A stretch of DNA of 55,465 nucleotides. It comes from Blastocystis sp. subtype 4. Its lineage: Eukaryota. How positions within the stretch are numbered: the stretch's first letter is position 1; the number at the start of each line of letters is the position of its first letter. Shown piece after piece: positions 36,126 to 51,449 of the stretch. Made by a program: the position numbers and the translations under genes. Location: the NCBI RefSeq assembly GCF_000743755.1, contig NW_014569516.1, positions 1 to 55,465 of the forward strand, given 5' to 3'. A model generated the notes under the pieces. That model saw only the letters and a list, made by a program, of their open reading frames with translations, searched no databases and was not told where the DNA came from.

Positions 36126-38836
36126 CTATAGAGAGTGAACTAGAATCCAGTAACACCGCATAATCATCTCTTTCATATCTTTTACGTCAATTTCCCATTC
36201 TTTATGGATTGGTAATCGTAACTCCAGTCGTTGCTGATCCATCTTCAGGATTGATGGATGTAAACTAACTTGCAAACTAATTTTCTTTAATGGAATGAAC
36301 TTTACTTCAATCCGAGCCACTATCTGGTTCTTTCTCTTAATCATCACAGCATACTGATTTTCCATCAATACTCGAATCTCACAATTCATTCCATGTATCA
36401 TATCCATCACTTCCTTATATACAGTTTCTTCTTCTCTCTTTAACCGATCTAATTCCTCATCATGTCCTGTTTGAGGCACAATACGTTTCTTCTCCTCTTC
36501 AACCTGTTCTTGTAATTTGACCATCTGTTCGTTTGCAGTCTTGATCATTTCTCTTAACCCTTGAACTCGAATTTCTTCTTGAGAAGTCTGATGACGAAGC
36601 TGAACAAGTCGAGAGAGTGATGGTTGTGTAGAAATGATATGTTGATTGAGGAAGAGAATGGAGGAGTAGGACTATGAATGAGAGAGAATGGAGAGAATCA
36701 CTTTTTGCTCCAATTGATGTGCCTTAGTGAGAATCGATTGGACCCAGAGAGGAGGTGAATAGGATGAAGGTGGTTCAGGTTGTGAGAAAGGCGGTTCAGG
36801 TTGTGAGAAAGGCGGTTCAGGTTGTGAGAAAGGCGGCTGGCTTGACCGAATCGGTGATAAAGCTGGTTGGTTTGATGATGGTTGTGAGGGACGCAATGGG
36901 TTCAGCTTGACGTTAACTCCTTCTAATCCTTCCTCTATAGAACCTTCTCGTTTCTACTTCTCAATAGTCATCCGATACCTACAGACAACAGTGAAGGATC
37001 ATCATCCACTGATGAGCGTGATAAGATTGGAGAAGGTAGAACAACATTCGACGTACGTGAAAAACCATCCAGCTTTGATGTACGAGGAGGTTCTGGAAGG
37101 GATGAATCAGAAGATTCCAGAGGAACAGGTGTCTGATTTGAGACTCTAGAATCCTCTAGAAGAGAACGAGAAACAGATGGAAGGAAATACGCATCCATAT
37201 TCAGACTGGTCTCCATATCATGTTTTGACTCAATTTCCTGACGTAACTCTTCTTCTGATTTCTCAATTTCACGTTCTTCATCTTTTATCTCCTCTTGGAA
37301 GAGAGAACGACTGATATTGGTATCAATGACAGAATACTTGGGGTTTTCTGCGCCTCCATATTTCTGACTACTTTTTACTTCATGAACCACAGTCTGAACT
37401 CCACTTTGAACAAGTAATGGAGAGAAATGCGGAATAGCTTCGGTTTTCTCTTCATTTCCAAGAGAATCTTCTTCAGGCAATAACTGGGCAGGTTCGCCAG
37501 CTTGTACCAATAATTGCGACAATCGCCGAAGATCTTCAGTGACGGTATTATCGATATCAACTGTTACACGATCCAGAGGAGCACTCATGCGATTCAGTGT
37601 CTCTTCTGTAGAGTCACGAACAGCTTGAGCAGTTTCTGATAGTGCCACAGTGGCTGATTTACCTTTCATAGGCTCCTCAGCCATCTCTTGACGCAATTGG
37701 TTTGATAATTGTTGTAACTCCAATGTTGTATCCAGAGTATTTTCCTCTTGTTTTGGAAGGAGTTTCATTAACGCATTTGAAGGTAACGTATCTGTATTAG
37801 GTTCTGAAGAACGAGGAAGCACTGATGATCTTCGTTCGAATTTGTCTAATTCCCGTAATAGAGCTGATTTCACTTCTCCTAAGAACATTGTACTTCGGCG
37901 AGATGATAAGGATTCTCGATTCGATGGAGGTGGATTCTCTGATAGTAACTCCTTCACCATAGGAATATCGGATGTATCGGAGTCACTATGTGAAATCTCC
38001 ATATTCGAAGACTCCCGCGGGGATCCAGCCACTTCTAACAAGTCTTGTAATGCCACAGTTTCCTCTGTATCCATAACTTCAGAATGTTCTTGTCCATTTG
38101 TGGTTTGTTCCAATAATTCAGTTAATCGAGGTGTGGCAGTTTCACTGCTTCGTAGCATTGAGGACAGTTTTGATATCCGGACAGTTTGATCTTTCGAAGC
38201 ATCTGTAATTGGGCCAACTTCATCATTAAGAATGGCATTCAACTCATTCACATCCGCTGTAGCTCGTTGAGGATAAGGAGGACTGTCAGAATCAGAAAAT
38301 GATAACGATTGACGCACAGGAGGAATTTCAGGCTCTCTATCAAATTGAGCCAGAATACTGGAGTTTCGACTCGTTTCAGGTCCTTCAGGGTAATCAATTT
38401 CAGTAATAGCAGAAGGACGAGTCGAAATATCACTCTCTACTCGTTGGAGCATTGGAGACACAGATGTTGTAGGATCTGTCTCGTGGAAATCAATAGTCGC
38501 TTTCTTTCCAAAACGAATTCGCTTCTCAGAAGTAACACGTTCTTCCGATAAGCATGAAGGAAGAGAACGATTCATTTTAGGTGTTTCCTGAATGGAGGCA
38601 TCATTGATCACCATCTACACAAAAAACCTGTTTCAAATATACATTGAGTTCTGCTATTGACACAGTTTTGCCCTCCACCTCATCTTCACTAATCCCTTCC
38701 AACAGCTCATTGATTTCCGCCGCACTCACTTCTCTTGAAGGGTCATTCTCAATGCGCTGTTTCTTAGATTCTAAAAGTCAGCAAGAACCCAATAACACAA
38801 ACCAGGATCATCTTGAATCTCTTCAGAATTTCCCAT
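36126..38836 (-). CDS. Large disordered and coiled-coil protein, candidate KNL1/Spc105
   Basis: PSCLS followed by KRIRF (SILK/RVxF-like pair), degenerate T-x(3-6)-LxxLL repeats, C-terminal coiled coil; exons join through ~30-nt introns. Confidence 0.45.
36772..36836 (-). repeat. 21-nt coding tandem repeat, ~3 copies (PPFSQPE)
   Basis: ggttcaggttgtgagaaaggc occurs three times in tandem on the + strand. Confidence 0.85.
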
Positions 38837-39068
38837 TTCTACACTATTATACAAACTAACGTGTATTTAACCCGGTGATACAACTGAATTGCTATTCTCA
38901 GAACGCTCTATCTTTCATTCCACAAATCTAGTCCAATACTCATGGGATATATTGTACAAGTCTCGAAAAGAACACAGAACAAATAGCAATTCCGAACACA
39001 AAAGGTTGGCAGAGATTTGAAATGCGATAAATTGGAACCTTATTTGGTAGAAACAAACAGACACATTT

Positions 39069-41554
39069 TTACAGATTCTCATTAATGAGCTTAACAACAC
39101 CATTGACAGAATAGTTTGAGGACGACTTGCCACAGAATCCAGAAGTTGAGTGTGTCTACTATGAATGTCAATGCTATCACCCACTTGGCCTGGTTTGATA
39201 AGCACAGAACGATCAGGACCGAGTACTACTTTTCCTGACGACATCGATGTGATTTTCAATCCCCAGAGTGTTGTGATCTGGCAATTCTTCGTGGAGAGAG
39301 TGATCACAAAGTTATTCGCAGCCTTCACAGTTGGATTGTTGATAAACGTACTCACACAGAACCCTCCATCCCACGAACTCTCATTCGTCAGTGTGAGCAC
39401 ACCATCCCACTGATTATCAGTGTCTGGTTGAGGGATCGTTGAAGAAGTGGGTTCATTCCCTGGATAGTAGTCAGGACAAGACTCACAAGTCTGGAAGTTT
39501 CTCTACGTCTCATTCATTGAATCATGAATCACAGTTGAGTAATAGCAGGTATTGATCTCACGACCATTACAGAGTGAAGTAATCGGACTAATGAACAAGT
39601 GAATATGACTAATACGTAACAGTAGAACTGACACATTTGAAATTGGATGACGATAACTCATTCATAGGAACGGGGTTCTTATAATATTCAACAATTTCTT
39701 TTACAGAAGCAAATACAATGTTCTCCTTTGATGTAATGTATTGAAGAAGAGACTCCAATAACTCAGTACGTTCCTCTTCCGATTGAAGTACCCAACTTGC
39801 TGTAAGAGGAATGAAAAACGGTGATCGATTACCATTGTAATGAAGATCTCATATTATTATCATTCCAAAATACATACCGAAATTGTATTTCATCAATTCA
39901 AGAATCTCTTCTGTTGATCCTGAAGGATCCTGAACTGTGATGACCTGACCATTCGAATCAATGATTGAAGGAAGAGGGACCTACTATTGAAATCTCAATC
40001 TATTCGTACTTCCCATAAGCCAGGATGAGGTGATGTGATGGTACGACCACGCCATGACTGTTCAATAGCTCCTTGATCGAGTGTGTAGGGATAATACAGA
40101 GTATCAGTAGGAATACTGCTATCATACAAGAAGCCACGCTCCTGAAGTACTTCTAACATCCAATCATTGTACTTCAAATCAGGTGCTCTGAAACCCACAA
40201 TCTCAGATTCTGGAATTCCAGCTATTGATCAGATTTCAAGAAAATCAATACAATATTTCGCTATATACTCCCGAGCCTTGAGAATTTCTCGTTCCCACTC
40301 AGCTTTCGTAGTAGTGGCTCCAGTAGAGTGTGTAATGGAATGGATACTGACCTCATGACCCTCCAAATACAACTGTTTGGTATACTGATACTGATTATCA
40401 TTTGTCTGGGTGAAAAAGGTCATCTTGGGTTTACAATTAAAGAAATCTCTAGCCTATGGATCAGAGAGAGAAGATGGAATCACATTAGACTCTCGAGATA
40501 CCCTCATCATGTATTCAAATGTGGTAGGAGTTTGAGCATCATCCCATGATATTGCCACAAATTGAGGCATGGATTTAACATCAGTGAGTGATGGGTGATG
40601 TGTGCTTGCACACTGACAGAGATCTAATGAACAATATGTAGCAGAACAAGAGTAAGGTGAGCAGATACCACAATCCAGAGAGCAACTGGTACAGTCTTCT
40701 GTAGGATCACAGTTATCATCTCCACAGTAAGCTCCATCTGGTTCATTAGCAGGAGGAACTGTTGGAGCAACTCGTGGAGGTGTGGTCGGTTCGTCCACCT
40801 TCTGAGTTAACTCAAATGATAGTCCAATAGAATACTCGGGATGACCATAACGATCTGTGTAAACAAAAGCATGGAGAGTATGAGTTCCCGCAGTCAGTGA
40901 AGAAGCACTATCACTTCCAAAGATCTGATGAGCTGAGGTGGTTGATGCATATAATGAATCATTATCAAGAACCCAACGGACTGATGTAGCCTTGATAGAA
41001 GAAAGGGATAAGACTATGGGTGTCGACGTAAGAGTCTGAGACTCGAGAGTTGCTCCATCGGTCATCTTCCCTTCACATGTAAGAGAAAGAGAATTTGGTC
41101 GAATAACACTTAAAGAATACGAGGTTGAGAAGAGAGCGTAAGGAGTAGAATCATGAACAGAAATCACGATAGAATACACTCCTTGCATCACGTTCCATAC
41201 ACTTGTTCCATCAGAATAGACATTACTATGAACAGAGACGCAATCAGTAGTTGAGGGAGTAACTGAATGTTCAAAAGTATGTTGTTCATGGTTCATTCCA
41301 TTCACAAGAAACTTGACGGTATAACTAGTAATGAGAAAAACACTCTAGAACAACGCGATCAAAGCACTCGGAGGACAGAAAAGGACTTGAATATCAGCTT
41401 TCGCTTGATTCGATGTAATTGAAACAAATTTGGTTTGTGTAGAAGACAAATCTGTAGAACAAGTCTGGGATCCGTCCATGGCAACACACACATTATCAAC
41501 AATTGCAGCCGAACTGCACACCACGAGTAAAAGCGATAGGATACCGAGTTGCAT
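39069..41554 (-). CDS. Secreted polysaccharide/chitin deacetylase-like protein (CE4) with C-terminal CBM2-like domain
   Basis: Signal peptide MQLGILSLLLVVCSSA; PQFVAISWDD, GHEVSIHSITH, GFRAP, YDSS, YPYTLD, HPGLWE, YNGNRSP; C-terminal SSWDGGFC...N...W...GFC. Confidence 0.85.
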
Positions 41555-41767
41555 TGTTTTAGTAGACAATCGTCGGAACGAAGCAATGACTCTTTCAAAC
41601 ATACGAAGACAAGGATCGGATTCAATGAAAAGCTAGAATAGGATTTCATACATAGTATCAGGACAAACAAACAGAATTAACAAAAGAATAGAAAAGAGAG
41701 CTAAATACAAATACAATACACACAATCGAAGAAGCTATCCTTCTTTCATTGTTACACGTGCTATACA

Positions 41768-43504
<1,737 letters not shown>

Positions 43505-43868
43505 GCTATTCTATGTATGTTCATAGTAAATACCAATGTCATACATCTCTTTCCTAAACACTAGCGAAGAACTAAGAAAACGCCTAGAACAGCTTCCTAT
43601 GTGAAATATGTATGTTTTCTGGAATGACCAAAATGGTTCATATTTATTCATTGAATTGGAAAACGAAACATCTGTCGTGGTATGTTACCCTGAAAAAGAT
43701 TGCAGAACCCACATTCTAGGAAGAAAGAGTGTTAATGATGACATCTCCTCATCTGATGACGTCACATGTCATACATTGGTAAAAATGGTAAATTCCCGCG
43801 ACTACCGCTATTTGTCATACGATGACGTAAGAGTATATGGACCGTCAAATATAGTTTTAGTATCATCA

Positions 43869-45852
43869 ATGAGTACTAATAGTTCTCCTTCTCTTCCTGA
43901 TAAATACAGAGCAGTAAAGAAGACAGACGTCATCGAGATTCGTCGGAATACAAACTGTATGTTCAATCCAGAACCGACTACGCTCTGTAAAGTGCGATTA
44001 CTCTGTCTTTGCTCACTTCTAGGAGTTCAAGCGATGTTGTAGCAAATACAAAGGTATTCATGCTATTGTAAGCAAAGAAGACAAGGTCTATACGTACACA
44101 GATTACTATACGAATGCTGCCATGTTCGCTAAATCGCTTATTGCTATTGGATTGAATCTGAAGGATGGAGTGGGTATTATTGGATTCAACTCTCCTGAAT
44201 ATCACTTTACTCTACATGGAACTTGGCTTGCTGGAGGAGTCACAGCAGGTATCTACACAACTAACAACGAACAGGCTTGTGAGTACGTACTTCGTCATTC
44301 GGAGTCAGTAGTATGTGTGTGTCAATCTGGTAAGCAGTTAACAAAGATCCTGAACATTCGTGAGCAACTCCCACTATTGAAGGCGATTGTAGTGTATTGG
44401 CAAGAAGAGCCTCTTCCTCTGCTGAAGGATGATGGGTTCGCTAAGATCTATACGTGGGAAGATTTCCTTAAGATTGGAGAGACTGTGAATGATAGTGCGA
44501 TTGATGAACGAATTGAAGCCACTCTCCCTGGAAGTTGTGCTACTCTGATTTACACTTCAGGAACTACTGGAAATCCAAAAGGAGTGATGTGTTCACATGA
44601 CAGTTGTTGTTACAATGCTCAAGGAATCATTGATACTATTGGTATTGAAGGTGTTGAGAGAATTGTTGGATTCCTTCCATTGAACCATGTTGCTGCTCAG
44701 TATGTGGATACAATGATTCTCATTAGCAATCCTATTACTGTGTTCATGGCTAAACCTGATGCTCTAAAAGGTTCTCTGACAGAGACATTGAAGAAGGCTC
44801 AACCAACCATCTTTGTTACAGTGCCTCGTGTCTATGAGAAGATGATGGAAGGTATCAAGGCTGTTGGAGCTAAGAACTCCGCAATCAAAAAGTGGATTTC
44901 AAGTTGGGCTCGTGATATTGGATACAAGACTGCTATGTCTCGACAGTATGGTTGTACTGTTAAGAAACCTCTCTTCTATAGTCTTGCAAAGAAATTGGTA
45001 TTTGATACTGTGCGACAGAATCTTGGTTTTGAACACTGTCGAACTTTAGTGGTCTCAGCAGCACCTGTCACAGAAGAGACACTTCGATTCTTCGCTTCGT
45101 TTGATATGCCTATCTACGATCTTCTTGGTCAATCCGAAGGCACAGCACCAATATGTACATGTTCGCCTGTGAATCAGAGATGGAAGATTGGTACTGTAGG
45201 TCTACCAATGCCAGGAATTGAGATAAATGTGGATCCTCAGAATCAAGAGATCATGTACCGAGGCCGAATCACTATGATGGGGTATCTGAAGCAACCAGAG
45301 GAAACTCTACGAACTCTGGACACAGAAGGTTGGTTACACACTGGAGATCAGGGTAAGAAGGATGAAGATGGATTCCTGAAGGTAACTGGTCGTCTGAAGG
45401 AATTGATTGTGACAGCTGGAGGTGAGAACATCTCTCCTGTTATTATTGAGACAAAGGTGATGGAACAAACTCCTATTCTCAGTTGTTGTATGGCCATTGG
45501 AGACAAGAGGAAGTTTATCTCTATGTTATTCTGTATTCGATGTAAGACAGATGCAGAGGGAGAATCAACTCATGTTCTTGCTAGTGATGTCCAGAAGTTC
45601 TTGAATACTTTGGGTTCGTCATCAACCACAATTGAAGAGGCAATGAATGATCCAATTGTAAAGGCTCATTTGGACGAAGTCGTTAGTAAATACAATGCTG
45701 TTGCTGTAAGTCGTGCTCAAGAGATTCGGAAGTGGTGTATTATTCCTGAAGAATTCACTGTTGGTAAAGGAGAATTAACTGCTACTATGAAGTTACGACG
45801 AGGTGTTGTTCAAGAGCATTACTCAAAGGAGATTGATGCTATGTATGTTTAG
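43869..45852 (+). CDS. Long-chain fatty acyl-CoA synthetase (ACSBG/bubblegum-like)
   Basis: GFNSPE, GIYTTN, LIYTSGTTGNPKGVM, FLPLNHVAAQ, DALKGSL, GWLHTGD, GRLKELIVTAGGENI, ELTATMKLRR. Confidence 0.92.
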
Positions 45853-46009
45853 TCTATCTTTGTATATTGTTTGTAATGATTACTCTTAAATCAATCAGTT
45901 CAATAAACAAACATATTTCAATTTAACAAGGAATCATCCATCAATCGTACTCTCCTTGAAATGAGTTTCATATCTCTTTTAGTTATTCCAATCATGCCAT
46001 TGTTCTCAA

Positions 46010-49000
46010 TTATTCTGTATTTATCTCATAATATTCAGGTGGTTCATAATCAGGATTGGGAATGAAATCATCACCTACAAAGGAGTATGAAATGACATAA
46101 GTTCTTAACCATCGCTGAGTAATACGTTTGAGTTTTACATCCTTTATCTTATTGATGGCATCATTGAAACGATCATTCGTGATTATAATTCCATTCTTCG
46201 TTTTCGCATATTCAATTGCATAACTATCAGAATAGTCTTTACTTGGTGAAAGGCTTAACACTCCCTCTCTTTTCAGTCGTTTCAATGCTTCCATATCATC
46301 AGGAGTGCTTGAAGAACGATCAAAATGATCTTCATCCACGCTTCCAGTTTTCAACTTCTTCTTGACTGCTTCCCAACGTTCAGACCAATTTCGTTCATCC
46401 ATACAATATTCCGGAACAAATCCCACCACTTTGTGACCTCGTTTCTCAAAATACTCTCTCACAAGTTGAATTCCTCGAACACTGAAGAAAAGATGACATC
46501 CATGATTCATTGCGATGTTCTCTGCATCCATTATGATCAGGAACCGAGGATCCAGGGTTAAAGAATGCTGAATCATCAGCTCATGATCCTGTCTTGTGAA
46601 TCCTGTCTGTATACGACGCGGTTCCTTTGTTTTCTCAATGATTGGAGGTTCATCTATCAGAGTAGAATCATATTGAATTGACTGTTCTTCCTGTGATGAA
46701 TCAGGATCTGATTCTTCTTCCACCATATGCAAACGTGGTACTTGGAACATATCTTGAACTGACAGAGGAGTCTCTTCAGCAATGTCTTCTGCAACCTCAG
46801 CCATTTCTTCTACTTCAACGGCATCTCCTTCATCAACCACAGCAGATTCTGTGAAGGCATACAATCCATCTCCACGCTCTTCCAACAAATTATTTGCAAT
46901 CAGAATCCCTGTAAAAACGTGTACCAGTGTTGTGTGACAAGCAGCTGCAATTTCTTCTTTGGTCATTCCTTCAACTGAACTACGACTTGGTAATACGGAC
47001 ATCTGTTCAGTAATTCATCTTCATCATACTTACCACTAAACTGTATCCACATTTCATACCAACAACTGACTTGTATTCTTCAGGAAAACTATCCATGTTA
47101 GCATCTTCCACTTCCTGCGTAAATTCAATCTCACGATCATCAGAATAACAACGAAGGAATTGAGCTGTATGCTCCATGAAACGAATGATTGGTTGATCAT
47201 AACTCAAATCCTATTGTTGATTTCTCTATTCAAAACGAACTGCTATCGGAGTAATATTATCTGTCGTCATTGTCATGTATTCTTGTTTTAAAGTCAAGAA
47301 ATGAATAGCAAGTGAGATTGATGAAATAACCGTGGTTCTAAGTTGAACATATTTCACATACACATCCATCAATACACTCACAAACACATACAGTAATTGG
47401 ATACAATGATAAATACGTTGAGTATCTATCCATTCAATGCCATATTCACAACATACACAAATCACGGGATGTTATGACAAACATAGGAGGACGTTCATTC
47501 TCATCTTTCTCACAGAATTGTTTCCAATGATGAGTACTATCATCCTCCTGTTCACACAGACTCACACACATTAACAAACAAACGATCATATGAACAAGAA
47601 TCTCTGAAGAAATGCATACTTCTCCTTCCACAGTCTTCTCAAAAATGAGTCTAAAACTGTGATCAAACAGTTTCACTAATGAATCCAATTGGTCCAAATC
47701 CACTTTGGTCCAAATCTTTCCCAGAATCATTAAATACTGGCATCCCAATAAACGAAGTGTGTCTTTTGGGGTCAATCCACCATTACGACGCTTATACGAG
47801 ATCAAATAATGTTCATGATGAATGCATCGGGAGAATGCCATGTCCAAAGTCTCTCTGCAGTTCACAGGATCTTCAGCATCCAATGCAGAGAGATAATAGT
47901 AGATTGCATCCAGATAGGATTGTGTTGTCATTGCTAACCCACCCAGATTCATACGAGCTCGACCAAATGCTGGATTGAGAAAGAGAGCAGTTTTCAGTGA
48001 TGCACTAATTGGATTAGCTTGTTGAGATGACGCTATGTTATGATGAGAGAATGATTTGAATACGTGCTGTTCCTCGAAGTGCATATGCCATCGATAGACT
48101 TACCCAGACACATTGAAGTGAATATATGTCATATGAATCTTTAACTATGAATTAGATACTAAAAGGAATCTTACTCTCACCATATAACCAATTCGAGAAA
48201 TTGGAAGTAGGATTGACGATCTGATATACACTTATCAGTTGATCACGATATGAAACTAGCATTTGAATACGATGACTAATAATTATTTTCTCTAATCATA
48301 TATACTCCAAATAGGAAGCTAATAACGTGATTACGGACTCATCACAGTCATCTCGCTTTCGCTCGTATTGAATCATGGAAATCTGATATTAACGACATTT
48401 GACCAATTCTACTTCAAGAATTACAACATCAATTAACATATTGCCTAAATCCAGCTTCTGAGCCTCTTCTAGATCTTCTAACGTGATTCGAATCACAGTG
48501 TGAATAAATGCGTCACAATAATTCCTTAATGTTTCATCTACTGAACTCTTTCTAGATGAGCTGATACGTCGTTGAATAGCATCTTTGATTCCTTCTCCCC
48601 ACTGTACCACGTTCTTTTCTAGTTCGCCTAATGGCTGAAGCATGAGTGACTCAATTTATAATCTACCTGTTCATTGACATTTTTAAACATTGGAAGATGT
48701 GAAGTCTTCTTAGAAACAACATTTGGTATCTCTTCCTCCAATTTTGTCAAAGCGTTCGCTCCCTGACGCAGTTTCTTCTTTGGAAATCGTGGACGCCGAG
48801 ACTAAAGTAAAAATAACAGAAATGATGGTACACTGGGTTGAAGTTTCTTGACCCAGTCTTCTCCTTCATCAATATCGTCAGCATTACTTGCTAAAGGCAG
48901 ACCTACAGATCAAACACGTCCAACTATCATACTATTGGAAATGCCACACTGGTCTTCGACAGGCATTCTATCTGATCGCTGACGAGGTTTTCGATTTCTA

Positions 49001-49048
49001 GATTATTATAGAAATGTTAGTTTCTCACTTTTGACGTTTTTTGTTCAT
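46010..49048 (-). CDS. EST1/SMG-type TPR protein fused to a Regnase-type NYN ribonuclease (SMG6-like)
   Basis: EST1-like ALFLNPAFGRARMNLG...DAIYYYLSAL..DP; C-terminal IIMDAENIAMNHG..FSVRGI..YFEKRGH..DYSD..IITNDRFND..YSFVGDDFIPNPD; exons join in frame. Confidence 0.75.
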
Positions 49049-49191
49049 GATACGATTTTCACAAGATTTGTATTTCCTGTAGATTATAAGTCACTATTCA
49101 AATCCATACAATCGATATTGAACAATATAAGAACAATATTCTTCCATACATTATCTGAAAACAAACAGTTCCAACTACAATAGAGTACATT

Positions 49192-50233
49192 TTATAACTT
49201 TTTGTCCTGAAGAAAACTAACATATGTCTACATTGAATCTCCTCTCTATCTCCTACAATAAAGTCCAAAAGATGATCAATAAAAAGCGAGCGAGGTTTGC
49301 AGTGCGATTCAATATTATTATGACCAGCTTCAGGCTACAGTTAAACATTCGACACACATTCAAACCACAAATAAACATCGATATCGGAATTCTGGAGGAA
49401 CATGAAGAAAGAGACGTTTTGGATGAGAGATGGGAACAACGGAATCACTCATTCCATGGATAAATGTCACTGGACAACAAGTGTCCTTGATCTAGATTCG
49501 AAATGATATATTGAACCCACAATATCCACAGTTTCGTACTGATCTTTCTTAGCACTAAAGCGACAATCAAAAACAAGACTATAGATCGACATAAAACAAC
49601 TCTTCAATTCAGATCCCTCCGATTCAAACTACCTGTAAAATCACTCCTGCAACTCCACAACCACGTGTCTTTGACGCAAAAACAGATAGAAACACACTGA
49701 TAGCACTTCCAAGAGAATGACCATATCTACTTGTCACCTCTAACTCTTTGACATACAAAATAATATTCTTAGGAGGAATCTCGAGCTTATCAATCAAATA
49801 GTTCATAGTTATACAGGCACACCGCTTAAGACTGTCCTCATTCATTTCTCCCCTAATGATAAATAGATATAAAGGAAATGACGGATACAATCCGTAACCG
49901 GGATATTCATATCCAATCACATCCACATACAAATACTTTGCTAACCATTGAAGGAAATCGATTCTTAGAATTACAAAACACTTATTTACATATACAAATA
50001 TCCCAAATCCTCTGCATTTGCATGACTGTAGAGAATAGTGAAGCGCGCAGCCGATTGAGATCGAACTCGAACACAGGGAATCAACCCTCCAAGTCCGTCA
50101 TCTCTACAATAGTTATTCAGGAATATAGATACATCTCAAAGTAACATCCATGAAAACGAACGTCATTCCGATAATAGGAGCAACGGGGTGGTAGATACAA
50201 TAATCGCGAAATAATTGATTCTATCACAGGCAT
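49192..50233 (-). CDS. ABHD17-like alpha/beta hydrolase (alternative start at 50267)
   Basis: LYLPPRCSY, TILYSHANAEDLG, YEYPGYG, YGHSLGS, FIHG..D, AGHNNI. Confidence 0.85.
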
Positions 50234-50251
50234 GATATGAACAAACACTGT

Positions 50252-51423
50252 CTAAAGAAACGTCCATTCACTCAAGTATTTGCGCTTCTTCACGATTCCA
50301 TCCTATGTAAATAATTCTAGTCCAATTCTCACATGCAAAACTATAATACTCTTGGATGTAATGACTGTATCTAGAGTCTTCTCTGCTCTTTGCTTGTCCA
50401 TACACAAGATTGAACTAAATGATCCCAACAACTGAACTGTGAGAGGAGGACTTATGTCGCGGTTCTGGATCTGAATATTTGTTTGATTCATAGAAATCTG
50501 AAACTGATACACTATCAACAGACATACAATGTCACAGTTTGAAAAGAACGAAATACAATCTGAAACTGGAGATGTAGAGAGTGATGTCCCCAAAATTAGC
50601 AGCAAATCTGCAGAAGTCGCCTCTTGTTTCATTCTTATCAAAGCATCTTCAGTCACTGCTTCATGATAAAATAGAATGTCCGGTTTAATAACACCACTAC
50701 AGGACTTGCAATATGCTACTTTTCCTGTCTTGTAGGCTTCCATTAACAGTGACGAGTCCACAGGTTTTCTACAGTATACTAGTGTTAGAGGAGATTACTT
50801 GCACTTCAAACAGTGACCTGTTGACAACACACCATGAAGATTTGTCACAGGAGCAGGAATACATGATTCCAAACCATCGATATTCTGTGTGAAAATGTGC
50901 TGCAAATTATGTTCCTCTTCTTGGAGCGTTTGTAGCCAGCGATGAACAAGAGATGGTTTAGCTTGATCTAGGAAGATAATACCACTGAACTATGGATACC
51001 CACTAAGATATGTTTGATGGACGAATAAAATAGAGACGGATTCTCCAAGAAGACAGAGTATTCAAAAATGTCCTCTGCTGTGTATCTAGAGGGTAGATAA
51101 TCTTTGATAATTGAGAAAAATCCATTCTTTGTGTTACTAGTCAAGGATGATTGTACTTGAGAGCGAAAGTCTGGAATTCCGGAATCTACACTCACTCCTG
51201 CTCCAATAAGAACAACAACTTTTCGTTTTCGACGAATGTATTGCAAAACCTAGGAATAAGGATTTTAGGCTTATCTAACTTCGGAAATACGTTCATTATT
51301 GTTATTTCTCACTTTACATGCTCTAAATGTGAACAAATACAATCAATTCCACTGCTTGTCCTGTTTTGTATTATTTGATAATGCTATCTATAATACTCAT
51401 TCATTGCAACTACTCCGCTTCAT
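50252..51423 (-). CDS. Sir2-family NAD-dependent deacylase
   Basis: GAGVSVDSGIPDFRS, FTQNIDGLE, LHG, CLKC and CKSC zinc ligands, KPDILF, LILGTSL. Confidence 0.9.
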
Positions 51424-51449
51424 AAGACATACAGACAACAAGCATTACA

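Noticed and set aside
49853..49890. GTATCC donor in the ABHD17-like gene
   Set aside because: A normal 30-nt intron starting 6 nt later gives the expected GYGxxxG spacing.
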